Assembly: GCA_005877505.1 (NCBI GenBank)
Contig: VBOO01000060.1
Coordinates: forward strand, 1-39,981
Length of the DNA stretch: 39,981 nucleotides
Direction: 5' to 3'
Source: Nitrospirota bacterium
GTDB lineage: Bacteria > Nitrospirota > Nitrospiria > Nitrospirales > NS-4
The notes below the pieces were generated by a model. The model was given only the letters and a program-made list of their open reading frames with translations. It ran no database searches and was not told where the DNA came from. Position 1 is the first letter of the stretch. Each line of letters begins with the position of its first letter. Of the stretch, positions 1 to 9,068 are shown piece after piece. The position numbers and the translations under genes were made by a program.

Positions 1-2
1 TG

Positions 3-2933
3 AATTGTGGCCTGGAGTTAGAGGAGAAGGGGGTCTTCAAACAATACGGTATCAAAGTTCTAGGGACCCCGATCCTGGCCATCAGAGAGACCGAAGACCG
101 CGGTCTGTTTGTCAAGACACTGACGGAGATCGGTGTCAAGGTTCCCACGAGTTCGGCTGTGACTTGCGTGGATGAGGCAGTCCGGGTGGCCACGGAAATC
201 GGCTATCCTGTGATGTTACGGATCGCCTATGCGCTCGGCGGGCTTGGTTCGGCGATGTGTGTCAATGAAGAAGCAGTACGCGAGCGAGCCACCAAAGCCT
301 TTGCGCATAGTAGACAGATTCTCCTTGAGGAGTTCCTCAAAGGATGGAAGGAAGTGGAATACGAGGTTGTCCGTGACTCCTTTGATAACTGTATCACCGT
401 TTGCAACATGGAAAATTTCGACCCCATGGGGATTCACACCGGCGAAAGTATCGTGGTCGCCCCAAGTCAGACTCTCAGCAATAGTGAATATCACCTCCTC
501 CGCCAGATTGCCATCCGGGTCGTACGGCATCTGGGGATCATTGGGGAGTGCAATATCCAATTTGCCCTTGATCCCAATTCCGGGGATTACCGTGTGATCG
601 AAGTGAACGCTCGACTTTCGAGAAGTTCTGCGTTGGCTTCAAAGGCGACTGGCTATCCCTTGGCCTATATCGCCACCAAGCTGGCATTGGGGTATGGCCT
701 CACCGAGTTGCAAAACCCGATTACCAAGGTCACCCAGGCCTGCTTCGAGCCGGCTCTCGATTACGTGGTCGTCAAAATTCCCCGCTGGGATCTCCAGAAG
801 TTTCGGGGCGTTCATAAAAGAATTGGGTCGGCGATGAAATCTGTGGGCGAGGTGATGGCCATCGGCCGCACATTCGAGGAGGCACTGCAAAAGGCTCTCC
901 GGATGCTCCAAACAGGGGTGCATGGCCTGGTTGGCAACGATAACTTCGGTTTCACCGATCTCGAGAAGGAGCTCTGCGAGCCTACTCCCAGCCGGATCTT
1001 TGCCGTCGCGGAAGCGATTAAAAGAGACTATCCGCTTGAGAGAATTTATGAACTTTCGGGCATCGATAAGTGGTTCCTTTATAAAATTCAAAACGTTGTT
1101 GAAATGGAGAAGCTTTTGCGGCGTGTACCGAACAAACAATGTGCATCCGAGCTTCTTCTCGAAGCCAAGCAGATGGGCTTTTCGGATTTCCAGATTGCAA
1201 AGCTCACAGGATCGGAAGAATCCGAGATACGACAACAGCGCAAAGAGTGCCGTGTCGTTCCCTTCGTGAAACAGATTGATACGCTCGGCGCTGAATATCC
1301 TGCCCACACCAACTATCTGTATCTGACGTATAACAGCACGGAGGACGATGTTGGATTCGACGGCAAGAACTCCGTTCTTGTGCTGGGCTCTGGGGCGTAC
1401 TGCATCGGCAGCTCAGTGGAGTTTGACTGGTGCTGTGTCAACACGGTGCTCGCGCTACGGAAGTTGAACTATCACACGATCGTCGTCAACTACAACCCGG
1501 AGACGGTGAGCACCGACTACAACGAGAGCGACAAACTCTACTTTGAGGAGCTCAGCTTTGAAACCATTCAGGAAATTTACGCGAGGGAGAACCCCGTGGG
1601 CGTGATTCTGTCCATGGGAGGGCAGATTCCAAACAATCTTGCCCTGCGATGCTATGAAGCCGGCATGAGAATCCTTGGCACTTCGCCGCTGAGTATCGAT
1701 ACGGCCGAAGATCGCCAAAAGTTCTCAACGCTGCTGGAGGAGCTTGGGATTGACCAACCGGACTGGAAGGAGCTGGTCTCGCTGGAAGAGGCAAAATGGT
1801 TTGCAGACAAAGTGGGCTATCCGGTCTTGGTTCGCCCATCGTATGTTCTCAGTGGGGCAGCCATGAGCGTGGCATGTAACGACATTGAATTAGAGAGATT
1901 CCTCGCGAAGGCCGTTGAGGTCTCGCCGAAATATCCTGTCGTGATCAGCAAGTTCGTGGAAAATGCCAAGGAAGTGGAAATAGATGCGGTGTCCAATCAT
2001 GGCGACCTCGTAGTCTGGGCCATCTCGGAGCATGTAGAAAACGCCGGGGTCCATTCTGGTGATGCCACACTGGTGCTGCCCCCTCAGCGAATCTATCTCG
2101 AAACGATGCGCCGAATTAAGAAGATCGCGGAGAAGATCGCGAAAGCTCTCAAGATTCATGGGCCTTTCAACATTCAATTTATCGCCAAAGACAACGATGT
2201 CAAAGTCATTGAATGCAACTTGCGCGCATCCCGTAGCTTCCCCTTCGTATCGAAGACCTCGAAGGTTAATTTTATTGATATCGCGACCAGGGTGGTGATG
2301 GGGCAACCTGTGCCCCCGGTCAATGGGTCCAGCCTTGATCTGGAATATGTCGGGGTCAAAGCTCCCCAATTTTCGTTCACCCGGCTTGAGGGGGCTGACC
2401 CGATTTTAGGCGTCGAGATGACCTCGACGGGCGAGGTGGCCTGTTTGGGTGATGATTTTGAAGAGGCCTTCCTGAAAGCTTTATTTTCAGTGGGCTATCA
2501 TCAACCGATAAAAAACGTCCTCCTCTCTACAGGGCCTATTGAGACGAAGGCAGCCTTCCTGCAAAGCGCGATGCTTCTCAAGGACATGGGCGTACACATC
2601 TACGCAACTCACGGCACTGCAGATTTTTTACGGACAAACATGATAGAGGCAACAGTATTGCACTGGCCGTTGGAGGGGGAAAGTCCTAATACGATCGCGT
2701 ACTTGAGCCAAGGGATGATCGACCTGGTGATTAATATCCCCAAGAATTATCAAGAGGAAGAGCTGACCAATGACTACTTGATCCGTCGCACGGCCGCGGA
2801 CTTTTCCGTTCCGCTGATTACCAATATCCAGCTCGCCCAACGATTTGTGGAGTCCCTCTCTTGTAAGAGCCTTGCTGATCTGAAGATTAAGAGCTGGGGG
2901 GAGTACGCAAGGCCCCACGGGGACCCGCCTTAA
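3..2933 (+). CDS. carB: carbamoyl-phosphate synthase large subunit (5' end outside window)
   Basis: The reading frame is open from nt 3 (NCGLELEEKGVFKQYGIKVLGTPI...), so the listed start at 159 is internal. Two ATP-grasp halves (..GYPVMLRIAYALGGLGS.., ..GYPVLVRPSYVLSGAAMS..) and a C-terminal MGS-like domain (..HIYATHGTADFL..). Stop TAA 2931-2933. Confidence 0.95.
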   Translation, partial: NCGLELEEKGVFKQYGIKVLGTPILAIRETEDRGLFVKTLTEIGVKVPTSSAVTCVDEAVRVATEIGYPVMLRIAYALGGLGSAMCVNEEAVRERATKAFAHSRQILLEEFLKGWKEVEYEVVRDSFDNCITVCNMENFDPMGIHTGESIVVAPSQTLSNSEYHLLRQIAIRVVRHLGIIGECNIQFALDPNSGDYRVIEVNARLSRSSALASKATGYPLAYIATKLALGYGLTELQNPITKVTQACFEPALDYVVVKIPRWDLQKFRGVHKRIGSAMKSVGEVMAIGRTFEEALQKALRMLQTGVHGLVGNDNFGFTDLEKELCEPTPSRIFAVAEAIKRDYPLERIYELSGIDKWFLYKIQNVVEMEKLLRRVPNKQCASELLLEAKQMGFSDFQIAKLTGSEESEIRQQRKECRVVPFVKQIDTLGAEYPAHTNYLYLTYNSTEDDVGFDGKNSVLVLGSGAYCIGSSVEFDWCCVNTVLALRKLNYHTIVVNYNPETVSTDYNESDKLYFEELSFETIQEIYARENPVGVILSMGGQIPNNLALRCYEAGMRILGTSPLSIDTAEDRQKFSTLLEELGIDQPDWKELVSLEEAKWFADKVGYPVLVRPSYVLSGAAMSVACNDIELERFLAKAVEVSPKYPVVISKFVENAKEVEIDAVSNHGDLVVWAISEHVENAGVHSGDATLVLPPQRIYLETMRRIKKIAEKIAKALKIHGPFNIQFIAKDNDVKVIECNLRASRSFPFVSKTSKVNFIDIATRVVMGQPVPPVNGSSLDLEYVGVKAPQFSFTRLEGADPILGVEMTSTGEVACLGDDFEEAFLKALFSVGYHQPIKNVLLSTGPIETKAAFLQSAMLLKDMGVHIYATHGTADFLRTNMIEATVLHWPLEGESPNTIAYLSQGMIDLVINIPKNYQEEELTNDYLIRRTAADFSVPLITNIQLAQRFVESLSCKSLADLKIKSWGEYARPHGDPP

Positions 2934-3032
2934 CGTGCCGCTGCGTTAGTCTGATCACTCTGGATACGCAAACGTCAGTTAATCCTCTTACGTCAGGAAT
3001 CTGGCACTGAGTCAGGGAGGCGAGAAAAGCAT

Positions 3033-4817
3033 ATGAACATCCTGGGCATCTCATGCTTCTTCCACGACGCCGCGGCCGCGCTGGTCCAGGACGGGATCGT
3101 GACAGCCGCGGCCGAAGAGGAGCGCTTCTCCCGGATCAAGCACGACGCGAGTTTTCCGATTCGGGCAATCGAGTTCTGCCTCCGAACCGCCAAGCTCCGG
3201 GCTGAGGACCTGGACTGGGTCGTCTTTTACGAGAAGCCCTTCGTGAAGTTCGACCGCATCCTGATGTCCACGCTGGCGACCCATCCGCGATCCTTCCGGG
3301 TGTTCCGCGAGTCGATGATCAAGTGGCTCGCTGAGAAGCTCTGGGTGAAGGGGCTCATCCGAAAGCGGGTGGGGATTCCGCAGGAGAGGATTCTTTTCAG
3401 CAGCCATCACCTCTCGCACGCTGCCAGCGCCTTCTACTGCTCCCCGTTCAGCGAGGCCGCCATCCTGACCGTGGACGGCGTCGGCGAGTGGGCGACCGCG
3501 ACGTTCGGGGTGGGACGCGACAGGAACATTGAGCTGCTCGGCGAAATCCGCTTCCCCCACTCGCTCGGGATGCTCTACAGCGTCTTCACCGCGTTTCTCG
3601 GCTTCGAGGTCAACGAGGGCGAATATAAGGTCATGGGGATGGCGCCGTACGGGACGCCGAAGTACGCCGATGATGTCCGAAAGCTCCTGCGGCTCCACGA
3701 CGACGGGAGCTTCTCCCTGGACATGGACTACTTCGCCTACCACTATTCCCCCGACACGGCCTTCAACGGCAAGTTCGAGCACCTGTTCGGCGCCCCGCGC
3801 GATCCCAAGAGTCACTTCTTCACCGAATCGTCAGGATACCCGGCCTACTTTGGTGACAAGCCAGCGAATTACAAAGAGCTCTGCCGGCTGAACCAGCACT
3901 ATGCCGACATCGCAGCCAGCATCCAGCTCGTCACTGAAGAGACGCTCCTCGCCATGGCCCGGGCCCTGCATGTCAAGACGGGCCTTCCCCGCCTCTGCAT
4001 GGCCGGCGGCGTCGCACTGAACAGCGTGGCCAACGGCCGGATCCTGCGGGAGACCCCTTTCAAGGAGCTTTACGTCCAGCCCGCCGCGGGCGACGGGGGA
4101 GGCGCAATCGGTGCCGCACTCTACGCTTACCATGCAGTGCTCGGCAACCCGCGCAACTACGTGATGGAGCACGCGTACCTCGGGGAGGAGCACTCTGAGG
4201 CCGACATCAAGAGCTTCCTCGACGCGAACGGGATCCGCCATGAGTATGTCGAGGATGATGACCGCCTCATCGAGCGCGTGGTCGACGCGCTCATGCAGGG
4301 GAGGGTCGTCGGCTGGTCCCAGGGACGGTTCGAGTGGGGGCCACGGGCGCTCGGCAACCGGAGCATCCTTGCCGATCCCCGCCGCGCCGACATGAAGGAC
4401 ATCGTCAACACGAAGATCAAGTTCCGGGAGCCCTATCGGCCATTCGCCCCGTCGGTGCTGGCGGAGCGTGCCGAGGAGTACTACGACCTGAAGTCCCCGG
4501 AGCGTCACTACCCCGCGCGCTTCATGCTGCTGGTCGTGCCGGTGAAAGAGTCGAAGCGCCAGGTCGTGCCGGCCCCGACCCACGTGGACGGCACCGGGCG
4601 CCTACAGACGGTCTTCAAGAAGACGAACCCGCGCTACCACCGGCTGATCGAAACGTTCGACAAGGCGACCGGGGTTCCGGTGGTCCTCAACACCTCCTTC
4701 AACTTGAAGGGTGAGCCGATCGTCAACACGCCCGCGGAGGCCTTCAGCACTTTCTCCAAGAGTGGAATGGACATGTTGGTCCTAGACCACTTCATCGTAG
4801 AGAAGGAGAACTCATGA
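3033..4817 (+). CDS. NodU/CmcH/TobZ-family carbamoyltransferase
   Basis: 594-aa ORF. The N-terminus MNILGISCFFHDAAAALVQDG..AAEEERFSRIKHD and the C-terminal ..VVLNTSFNLKGEPIV.. are hallmark segments of this family. GGGAGG at 3015-3020 lies 12 nt upstream of the ATG. Confidence 0.9.
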   Translation: MNILGISCFFHDAAAALVQDGIVTAAAEEERFSRIKHDASFPIRAIEFCLRTAKLRAEDLDWVVFYEKPFVKFDRILMSTLATHPRSFRVFRESMIKWLAEKLWVKGLIRKRVGIPQERILFSSHHLSHAASAFYCSPFSEAAILTVDGVGEWATATFGVGRDRNIELLGEIRFPHSLGMLYSVFTAFLGFEVNEGEYKVMGMAPYGTPKYADDVRKLLRLHDDGSFSLDMDYFAYHYSPDTAFNGKFEHLFGAPRDPKSHFFTESSGYPAYFGDKPANYKELCRLNQHYADIAASIQLVTEETLLAMARALHVKTGLPRLCMAGGVALNSVANGRILRETPFKELYVQPAAGDGGGAIGAALYAYHAVLGNPRNYVMEHAYLGEEHSEADIKSFLDANGIRHEYVEDDDRLIERVVDALMQGRVVGWSQGRFEWGPRALGNRSILADPRRADMKDIVNTKIKFREPYRPFAPSVLAERAEEYYDLKSPERHYPARFMLLVVPVKESKRQVVPAPTHVDGTGRLQTVFKKTNPRYHRLIETFDKATGVPVVLNTSFNLKGEPIVNTPAEAFSTFSKSGMDMLVLDHFIVEKENS

Positions 4818-4911
4818 TGCGCACGGATGGGGACGGCCTCGGAAACATATCGAATCCTTGGGCCGCTACGCGGCCGGCAAGTTTCGAAGTTTGCAGAGCG
4901 GGAGGTAAGAC

Positions 4912-5094
4912 ATGAGCGGAAATAAAAACAGCCTCATCACTAACGTAGCCACCGTGAAGGAGCTCCTGGTATTTTTCTGGCGGAGCAAGATCTGGTGGCT
5001 GACCCCGGTCGTGCTGGCGCTGGTGTTGCTGAGCGCTATCGTGGTCTTAACAGAGAGCTCGGCGCTGGCGCCGTTCATCTATACCCTGTTCTGA
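4912..5094 (+). CDS. small membrane protein, DUF5989-like (carbamoyltransferase-associated)
   Basis: 60-aa ORF with a strong RBS (GGGAGG 4900-4905), one TM helix (WWLTPVVLALVLLSAIVVL) and the C-terminal tail ..SALAPFIYTLF. From memory this matches the small conserved protein usually found beside carbamoyltransferase genes. Confidence 0.7.
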   Translation: MSGNKNSLITNVATVKELLVFFWRSKIWWLTPVVLALVLLSAIVVLTESSALAPFIYTLF

Positions 5095-5095
5095 G

Positions 5096-5367
5096 ACACC
5101 GCAACGGATGAGCCCGACTGGTCGGCCACTCGTATTTGCCGGCGCTGCCTGGAGGCACGGCGACAACCGGAGGTTTCGAGGCCACAGGTTGAAAGCGATT
5201 GCACTCACCGTTCACGACCCGGCGGCGGCCGACCGCGTGCTGATTCTCTCACCGACCCCCCGGACTCCGACTACCAGGGAATCGTGGAGACAGCTCAGCT
5301 CGTCGTGGATGCTCGGAACGCCACCTGGGGCATTGCCGCGCCAAAGAGCCAGGTCTTCAGACTCTAG
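5096..5367 (+). pseudogene. decayed 3' fragment of a WbpA/WecC/TviB-type UDP-N-acetylhexosamine 6-dehydrogenase gene
   Basis: No intact ORF. One frame (5254-5364, stop TAG 5365-5367) reads DPPDSDYQGIVETAQLVVDARNATWGIAAPKSQVFRL*. A second frame just upstream reads ..LKAIALTVHDPAAADRVLILS... Joined across a frameshift near 5248-5253 this gives ..ADRVLIL-TDPPDSDYQGIVETAQLVVDARNA... That is the characteristic extreme C-terminus of this dehydrogenase family as I recall it (..aD.vvi.TdH..fDy..i...a.lvvDtRNa..). Further upstream ..CLEARRQPEVS.. resembles the ..LLerGA.V.yhDP.. segment. Confidence 0.5.
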
Positions 5368-5382
5368 GGGACCCTCGCGCGA

Positions 5383-6726
5383 ATGAGACAGGCCCATCCT
5401 GTAGGTTCGGAATGGTGGCGGGCCGAGAGCCAGGCGGCTGGCGATGTTGCCCCCAGGGCCGCAGGTGCGGCAGCGGCTGAAGCGACCGAAAGCCCGGTGC
5501 CGTTCTGGGCCTTGATGGCCTGCACGTTCATTCTGTTGTTGGCCCCGCAGCAGATGATCCCGGCCCTCGCCCCTTATCGCATTGCGCTGCTCACGGCAGT
5601 AGTCGCAGTTATCACGCATCTCTATGATCGCCTGCGCCGAGGGCAACCGATCGTGCGTCTGAAACGGGAGATGTGGATCGTCGTCTGCCTTTGGGGGTGG
5701 GCCTTCCTGACGGTGCCCTTCTCCTATTGGCCAGGCGGCAGTCTGTCGTTTCTCGCCTTCGACTATCTGAAAACGCTGGCCGTCTTCTGGCTCCTCAGCA
5801 ACGTCGTGAACACACCCACACGGCTCCGTCAGGTTGCCTGGGGACTCAGCTTGATGGCGGTCCCGATATCCGTGACAGCCGTGGACCACTTTTTCGCCGG
5901 CGTCTTCGTCCCCGAGTTTTCGAATCCCCAGGTGAAACGCATCATCGGCTATGAAGCCCCGCTGACGGCAAACCCGAACGATCTCGCGTTGATGCTCAAT
6001 CTCGTCCTTCCCTTAAGCGTCGCGCTGATCCTGAGCTCTCGAAGACGCGTGGTCCGCATCCTGTTGCTGGCCATGATCGCCCTGGACGTGGGCGCCATCA
6101 TCCTCACATACTCCCGCATGGGCTTCCTGACGCTGTTCATAACGGTGCTCCTGTACCTTTGGAAACTGCGGGGGAAGCCCGAACGCGTCTGGGCGTGGGG
6201 GGCGCTGGTCCTTGCATGCCTCTGCGTCCCGCTGCTTCCCTCAAGCTATCTGGACCGCATCGGCACCATCACGAGCATCGAATCGGATGTGACCGGATCG
6301 TCCCAGGAGCGGTGGAGGGACATGGCCGCAGCAGCGAACCTGGTATTGAAAAACCCGATCATTGGGGTCGGGGCGGGGATGAATGCGTTGGGGCTCAATG
6401 AGGAACGCGGGCGCTACTGGGTAGAAGTCCACAACGTCTATCTCGAGTACGCGGTGGAGTTAGGCCTCCCTGGCCTCGTCCTGTTTCTCATTCTGCTCGC
6501 CAGTTGCATCAAGAAGGCGTCGTTCGTTCGGCAGTGCTCCGCCCCTCTGCCAGCCTTTGGGGAACTCTTCTCTCTTGCCGAAGGAATCCAGATCACTCTG
6601 GTCGCATACGCAGTGGCCGCTCTGTTCCACCCCGGAGGCTATAACTTCTCCTTTTACTACTTCGCTGGGTTGGCCGTAGCGCTTAAAGCCGTGTACGAGC
6701 GTGTGGAAAGAATGAAGGCTCTCTGA
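5383..6726 (+). CDS. O-antigen ligase/polymerase-like (Wzy_C domain) integral membrane protein
   Basis: 447-aa ORF with about 10 or more hydrophobic segments and the Wzy_C-type motif ..VHNVYLEYAVELGLPGLVLFLILL... The start is uncertain; an internal ATG (..ALMACTFILL..) is also possible. Confidence 0.85.
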   Translation: MRQAHPVGSEWWRAESQAAGDVAPRAAGAAAAEATESPVPFWALMACTFILLLAPQQMIPALAPYRIALLTAVVAVITHLYDRLRRGQPIVRLKREMWIVVCLWGWAFLTVPFSYWPGGSLSFLAFDYLKTLAVFWLLSNVVNTPTRLRQVAWGLSLMAVPISVTAVDHFFAGVFVPEFSNPQVKRIIGYEAPLTANPNDLALMLNLVLPLSVALILSSRRRVVRILLLAMIALDVGAIILTYSRMGFLTLFITVLLYLWKLRGKPERVWAWGALVLACLCVPLLPSSYLDRIGTITSIESDVTGSSQERWRDMAAAANLVLKNPIIGVGAGMNALGLNEERGRYWVEVHNVYLEYAVELGLPGLVLFLILLASCIKKASFVRQCSAPLPAFGELFSLAEGIQITLVAYAVAALFHPGGYNFSFYYFAGLAVALKAVYERVERMKAL

Positions 6727-6744
6727 TCGGTCTTTCAGCACGAG

Positions 6745-7968
6745 ATGCCTATGCAGCAGAACAGGATTAAGCTCCTGAAGTTCGTCCCGAACTTCGGTGT
6801 CGGTGGGACAGAGCGCCAGTTTGCAAACCTGGCGCTGGCCCTCGATCCCTCCAGGTTTGAGCTCAGCTTCGCCTGCTTAAGACGCTGGGGGAAGTATCTT
6901 GACGTGTTGGAGCCATGGCAGAGAACGATGGCTGAGTACAAGATTCAGAGTCTCTATTATCCCCACAGCTTTGCACAGCAACTCAGGTTGGCGAGGTCTC
7001 TGCGGCGGGACCGAATCCAGATCCTTCATACCTATAATTTTTACGCCAATGTCTTTGCCATCCCGGCTGCCTGGCTGGCAGGCGTGGCCGTCATTGTGGC
7101 GTCGATCAGGGAGACCGGTGCTTACCTGACCCCGATGCAGAAACGTGTGCAGAAATTCGTCTGCCGCTACGCCGACTGTGTTCTGGTCAACGCCGATGCG
7201 GTCAAGCAGTGGCTAATAGCCCAAGGATACCGCCGGGAGCAGATCGTCGTCATACGAAACGGCATTGACCTCTCCAGGTTTGTAACGAGAAACGGCAGCG
7301 GCCAGCTCCGGCAGGAGCTTGGACTGCCTGCTCGCGCCCCTCTGGTTGCGGTGCTGGCCCGCTTAAACCAGATGAAGGGCATCGAATACTTTCTGGAAGC
7401 GGCGGCCGTGATCGCCGGGCGTTGCCCGGACGCGCGCTTCCTGATCGTCGGCAGCAACTTAATCCCGCGAGACGACACTGCAGTGGAAGACGTCGCGTAT
7501 AGGAGAGAGCTGGAAAGTTCTGTGGTTCGCCTCGGTCTCGACGGACGCGTCGTGTTCACAGGAATGAGGCTCGATGTCCCCGAGATCCTCTCAGCGCTCT
7601 CTGTGTCCGTGCTCCCCTCCCTCAGCGAAGGACTGTCCAACACCCTGCTCGAATCCATGGCGGCGGGGGTCCCTGTGGTTGCCACGAGAGTGGGCGGCAA
7701 TCCCGAAGTTGTGGAAGAGGGCGTGACAGGGTTCCTCGTGCCCCCTCGGGACCCGGCGGCGCTGGCGAAAGCCATCTGCCAGTTGCTCGAGAATCCGGAA
7801 CTGGCCTCGCGCTTTGGCCAGGCCGGCAGGCAACGGGTTGTCGAGTGCTTTTCTCTTGAGCGGATGGTGCGGGAGACGGAGCGTCTGTACCTGTCCCTGT
7901 TGAACCAGGCCAGACACGGGGAGACCAGCATCCGAGACAAGATACAGATACGAAGTTCCTGCCCGTAG
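6745..7968 (+). CDS. GT4 (group 1) glycosyltransferase
   Basis: The N-terminus ..IKLLKFVPNFGVGGTERQFANLALAL.. and the C-terminal E-x7-E region ..SEGLSNTLLESMAAGVPVVATRVGGNPEVVEEGVTGFLVPPRD.. are typical of GT4. Confidence 0.9.
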   Translation: MPMQQNRIKLLKFVPNFGVGGTERQFANLALALDPSRFELSFACLRRWGKYLDVLEPWQRTMAEYKIQSLYYPHSFAQQLRLARSLRRDRIQILHTYNFYANVFAIPAAWLAGVAVIVASIRETGAYLTPMQKRVQKFVCRYADCVLVNADAVKQWLIAQGYRREQIVVIRNGIDLSRFVTRNGSGQLRQELGLPARAPLVAVLARLNQMKGIEYFLEAAAVIAGRCPDARFLIVGSNLIPRDDTAVEDVAYRRELESSVVRLGLDGRVVFTGMRLDVPEILSALSVSVLPSLSEGLSNTLLESMAAGVPVVATRVGGNPEVVEEGVTGFLVPPRDPAALAKAICQLLENPELASRFGQAGRQRVVECFSLERMVRETERLYLSLLNQARHGETSIRDKIQIRSSCP

Positions 7969-8052
7969 GTCCCTCGGCGCTCAACACGGAGAGAGTCCAG
8001 CCTATCGTGGGTCGGGTCACTGCAGTCAGAGTCTTAGAGCAGCGGAGGGGTT

Positions 8053-9066
8053 ATGCGCAAGACCTTGCGTGAGGCGCGCATCGAGGTGTTTTCGACGTGC
8101 CCCCAATCCAGCGCGGCCGTGGATGGGTCCTACCTCCGGAACGTCGTTGATGTTGCGCGGTGGAGCGAACAGGCTGGATGCACGGGCATCCTCGTGTATA
8201 CGGACAACTCTCAGGTGGACCCCTGGCTGGTCTCACACCTCATCATTCAAAACACGGCGTCCCTCTGCCCGCTCGTCGCGGTCCAGCCGATCTACCTGCA
8301 CCCCTACGCGGTGGCCAAGATGGTGGCTACCCTCGGGTCCCTGTACGGGAGGCGCGTGTACCTCAACATGGTGGCCGGCGGCTTTAAAAACGACTTGACC
8401 GCGCTGAACGATACCACCCCGCATGACAAGCGCTATCAGCGGCTGGTCGAATACACCACCATCATCAGTCGGCTGCTCTCCGGCGCGTCCCCCGTGAGCT
8501 ATCAAGGAGAGTTCTACCGGGTAGAAAATTTGAAACTGTCCCCGCCGCTGCCACAGGAGCTCTTCCCGGGAATCTTTGTGTCCGGTTCGTCCGAAGAGGG
8601 GTTAGCCGCAGCCGCGGCGATCGGCGCAACAGCGATCAAGTATCCCAAGCCGGCCCACGAAGAATATCAGGGTGATCGCCCTGACCGCCCGGGCGAGAAC
8701 GGCATTCGCGTGGGCATTATCGCTCGAGAGCTCATTACGGAGGCCTGGGCCGTCGCCCATGCCCGTTTTCCGGAAGACCGCAAGGGCCAGCTTGCCCATC
8801 AGCTCGCGATGAGGGTCTCGGATTCAGTCTGGCACAAGCAATTATCGCAGATGGAGCCCGAGACCGAGAAGTCCCCGTACTGGCTCGTTCCGTTCCAGAA
8901 CTATAAGACCATGTGTCCCTATCTGGTGGGGAGTTATGACTGCGTTGCGGAAGAGCTCGCGCGATATATCGCCGCCGGATACCGAACCTTCATCCTCGAC
9001 ATCCCGCCGAATGTGGAGGAACTCAACCACATCTCGCACGCCTTCAACCGAGCGCTGGAGCTCTAG
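8053..9066 (+). CDS. LLM-class (luciferase-like) flavin-dependent monooxygenase, SsuD-like
   Basis: ..IEVFSTCPQS..YLRNVVDVARWSEQAGCTGILVYTD..DPWLV..LCPLVAVQP..PYAVAKMVATLGSLYGRRVYLNMVAGG.. parallels the N-terminal half of SsuD-type FMNH2-dependent monooxygenases. GGAGGGG RBS upstream. Confidence 0.8.
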   Translation: MRKTLREARIEVFSTCPQSSAAVDGSYLRNVVDVARWSEQAGCTGILVYTDNSQVDPWLVSHLIIQNTASLCPLVAVQPIYLHPYAVAKMVATLGSLYGRRVYLNMVAGGFKNDLTALNDTTPHDKRYQRLVEYTTIISRLLSGASPVSYQGEFYRVENLKLSPPLPQELFPGIFVSGSSEEGLAAAAAIGATAIKYPKPAHEEYQGDRPDRPGENGIRVGIIARELITEAWAVAHARFPEDRKGQLAHQLAMRVSDSVWHKQLSQMEPETEKSPYWLVPFQNYKTMCPYLVGSYDCVAEELARYIAAGYRTFILDIPPNVEELNHISHAFNRALEL

Positions 9067-9068
9067 CC

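Noticed and set aside
2934-3032. Rho-independent terminator after carB (and likewise after 19172 and 21987)
   Set aside because: No GC-rich hairpin followed by a T-run could be found by eye in these spacers. Operon boundaries therefore remain undetermined.
5108-5386. 92-aa ORF listed in the spacer after the DUF5989-like gene
   Set aside because: The product is Arg-rich and motif-free as a whole. It is better explained as one frame of a frameshifted dehydrogenase relic (see the pseudogene call at 5096-5367).
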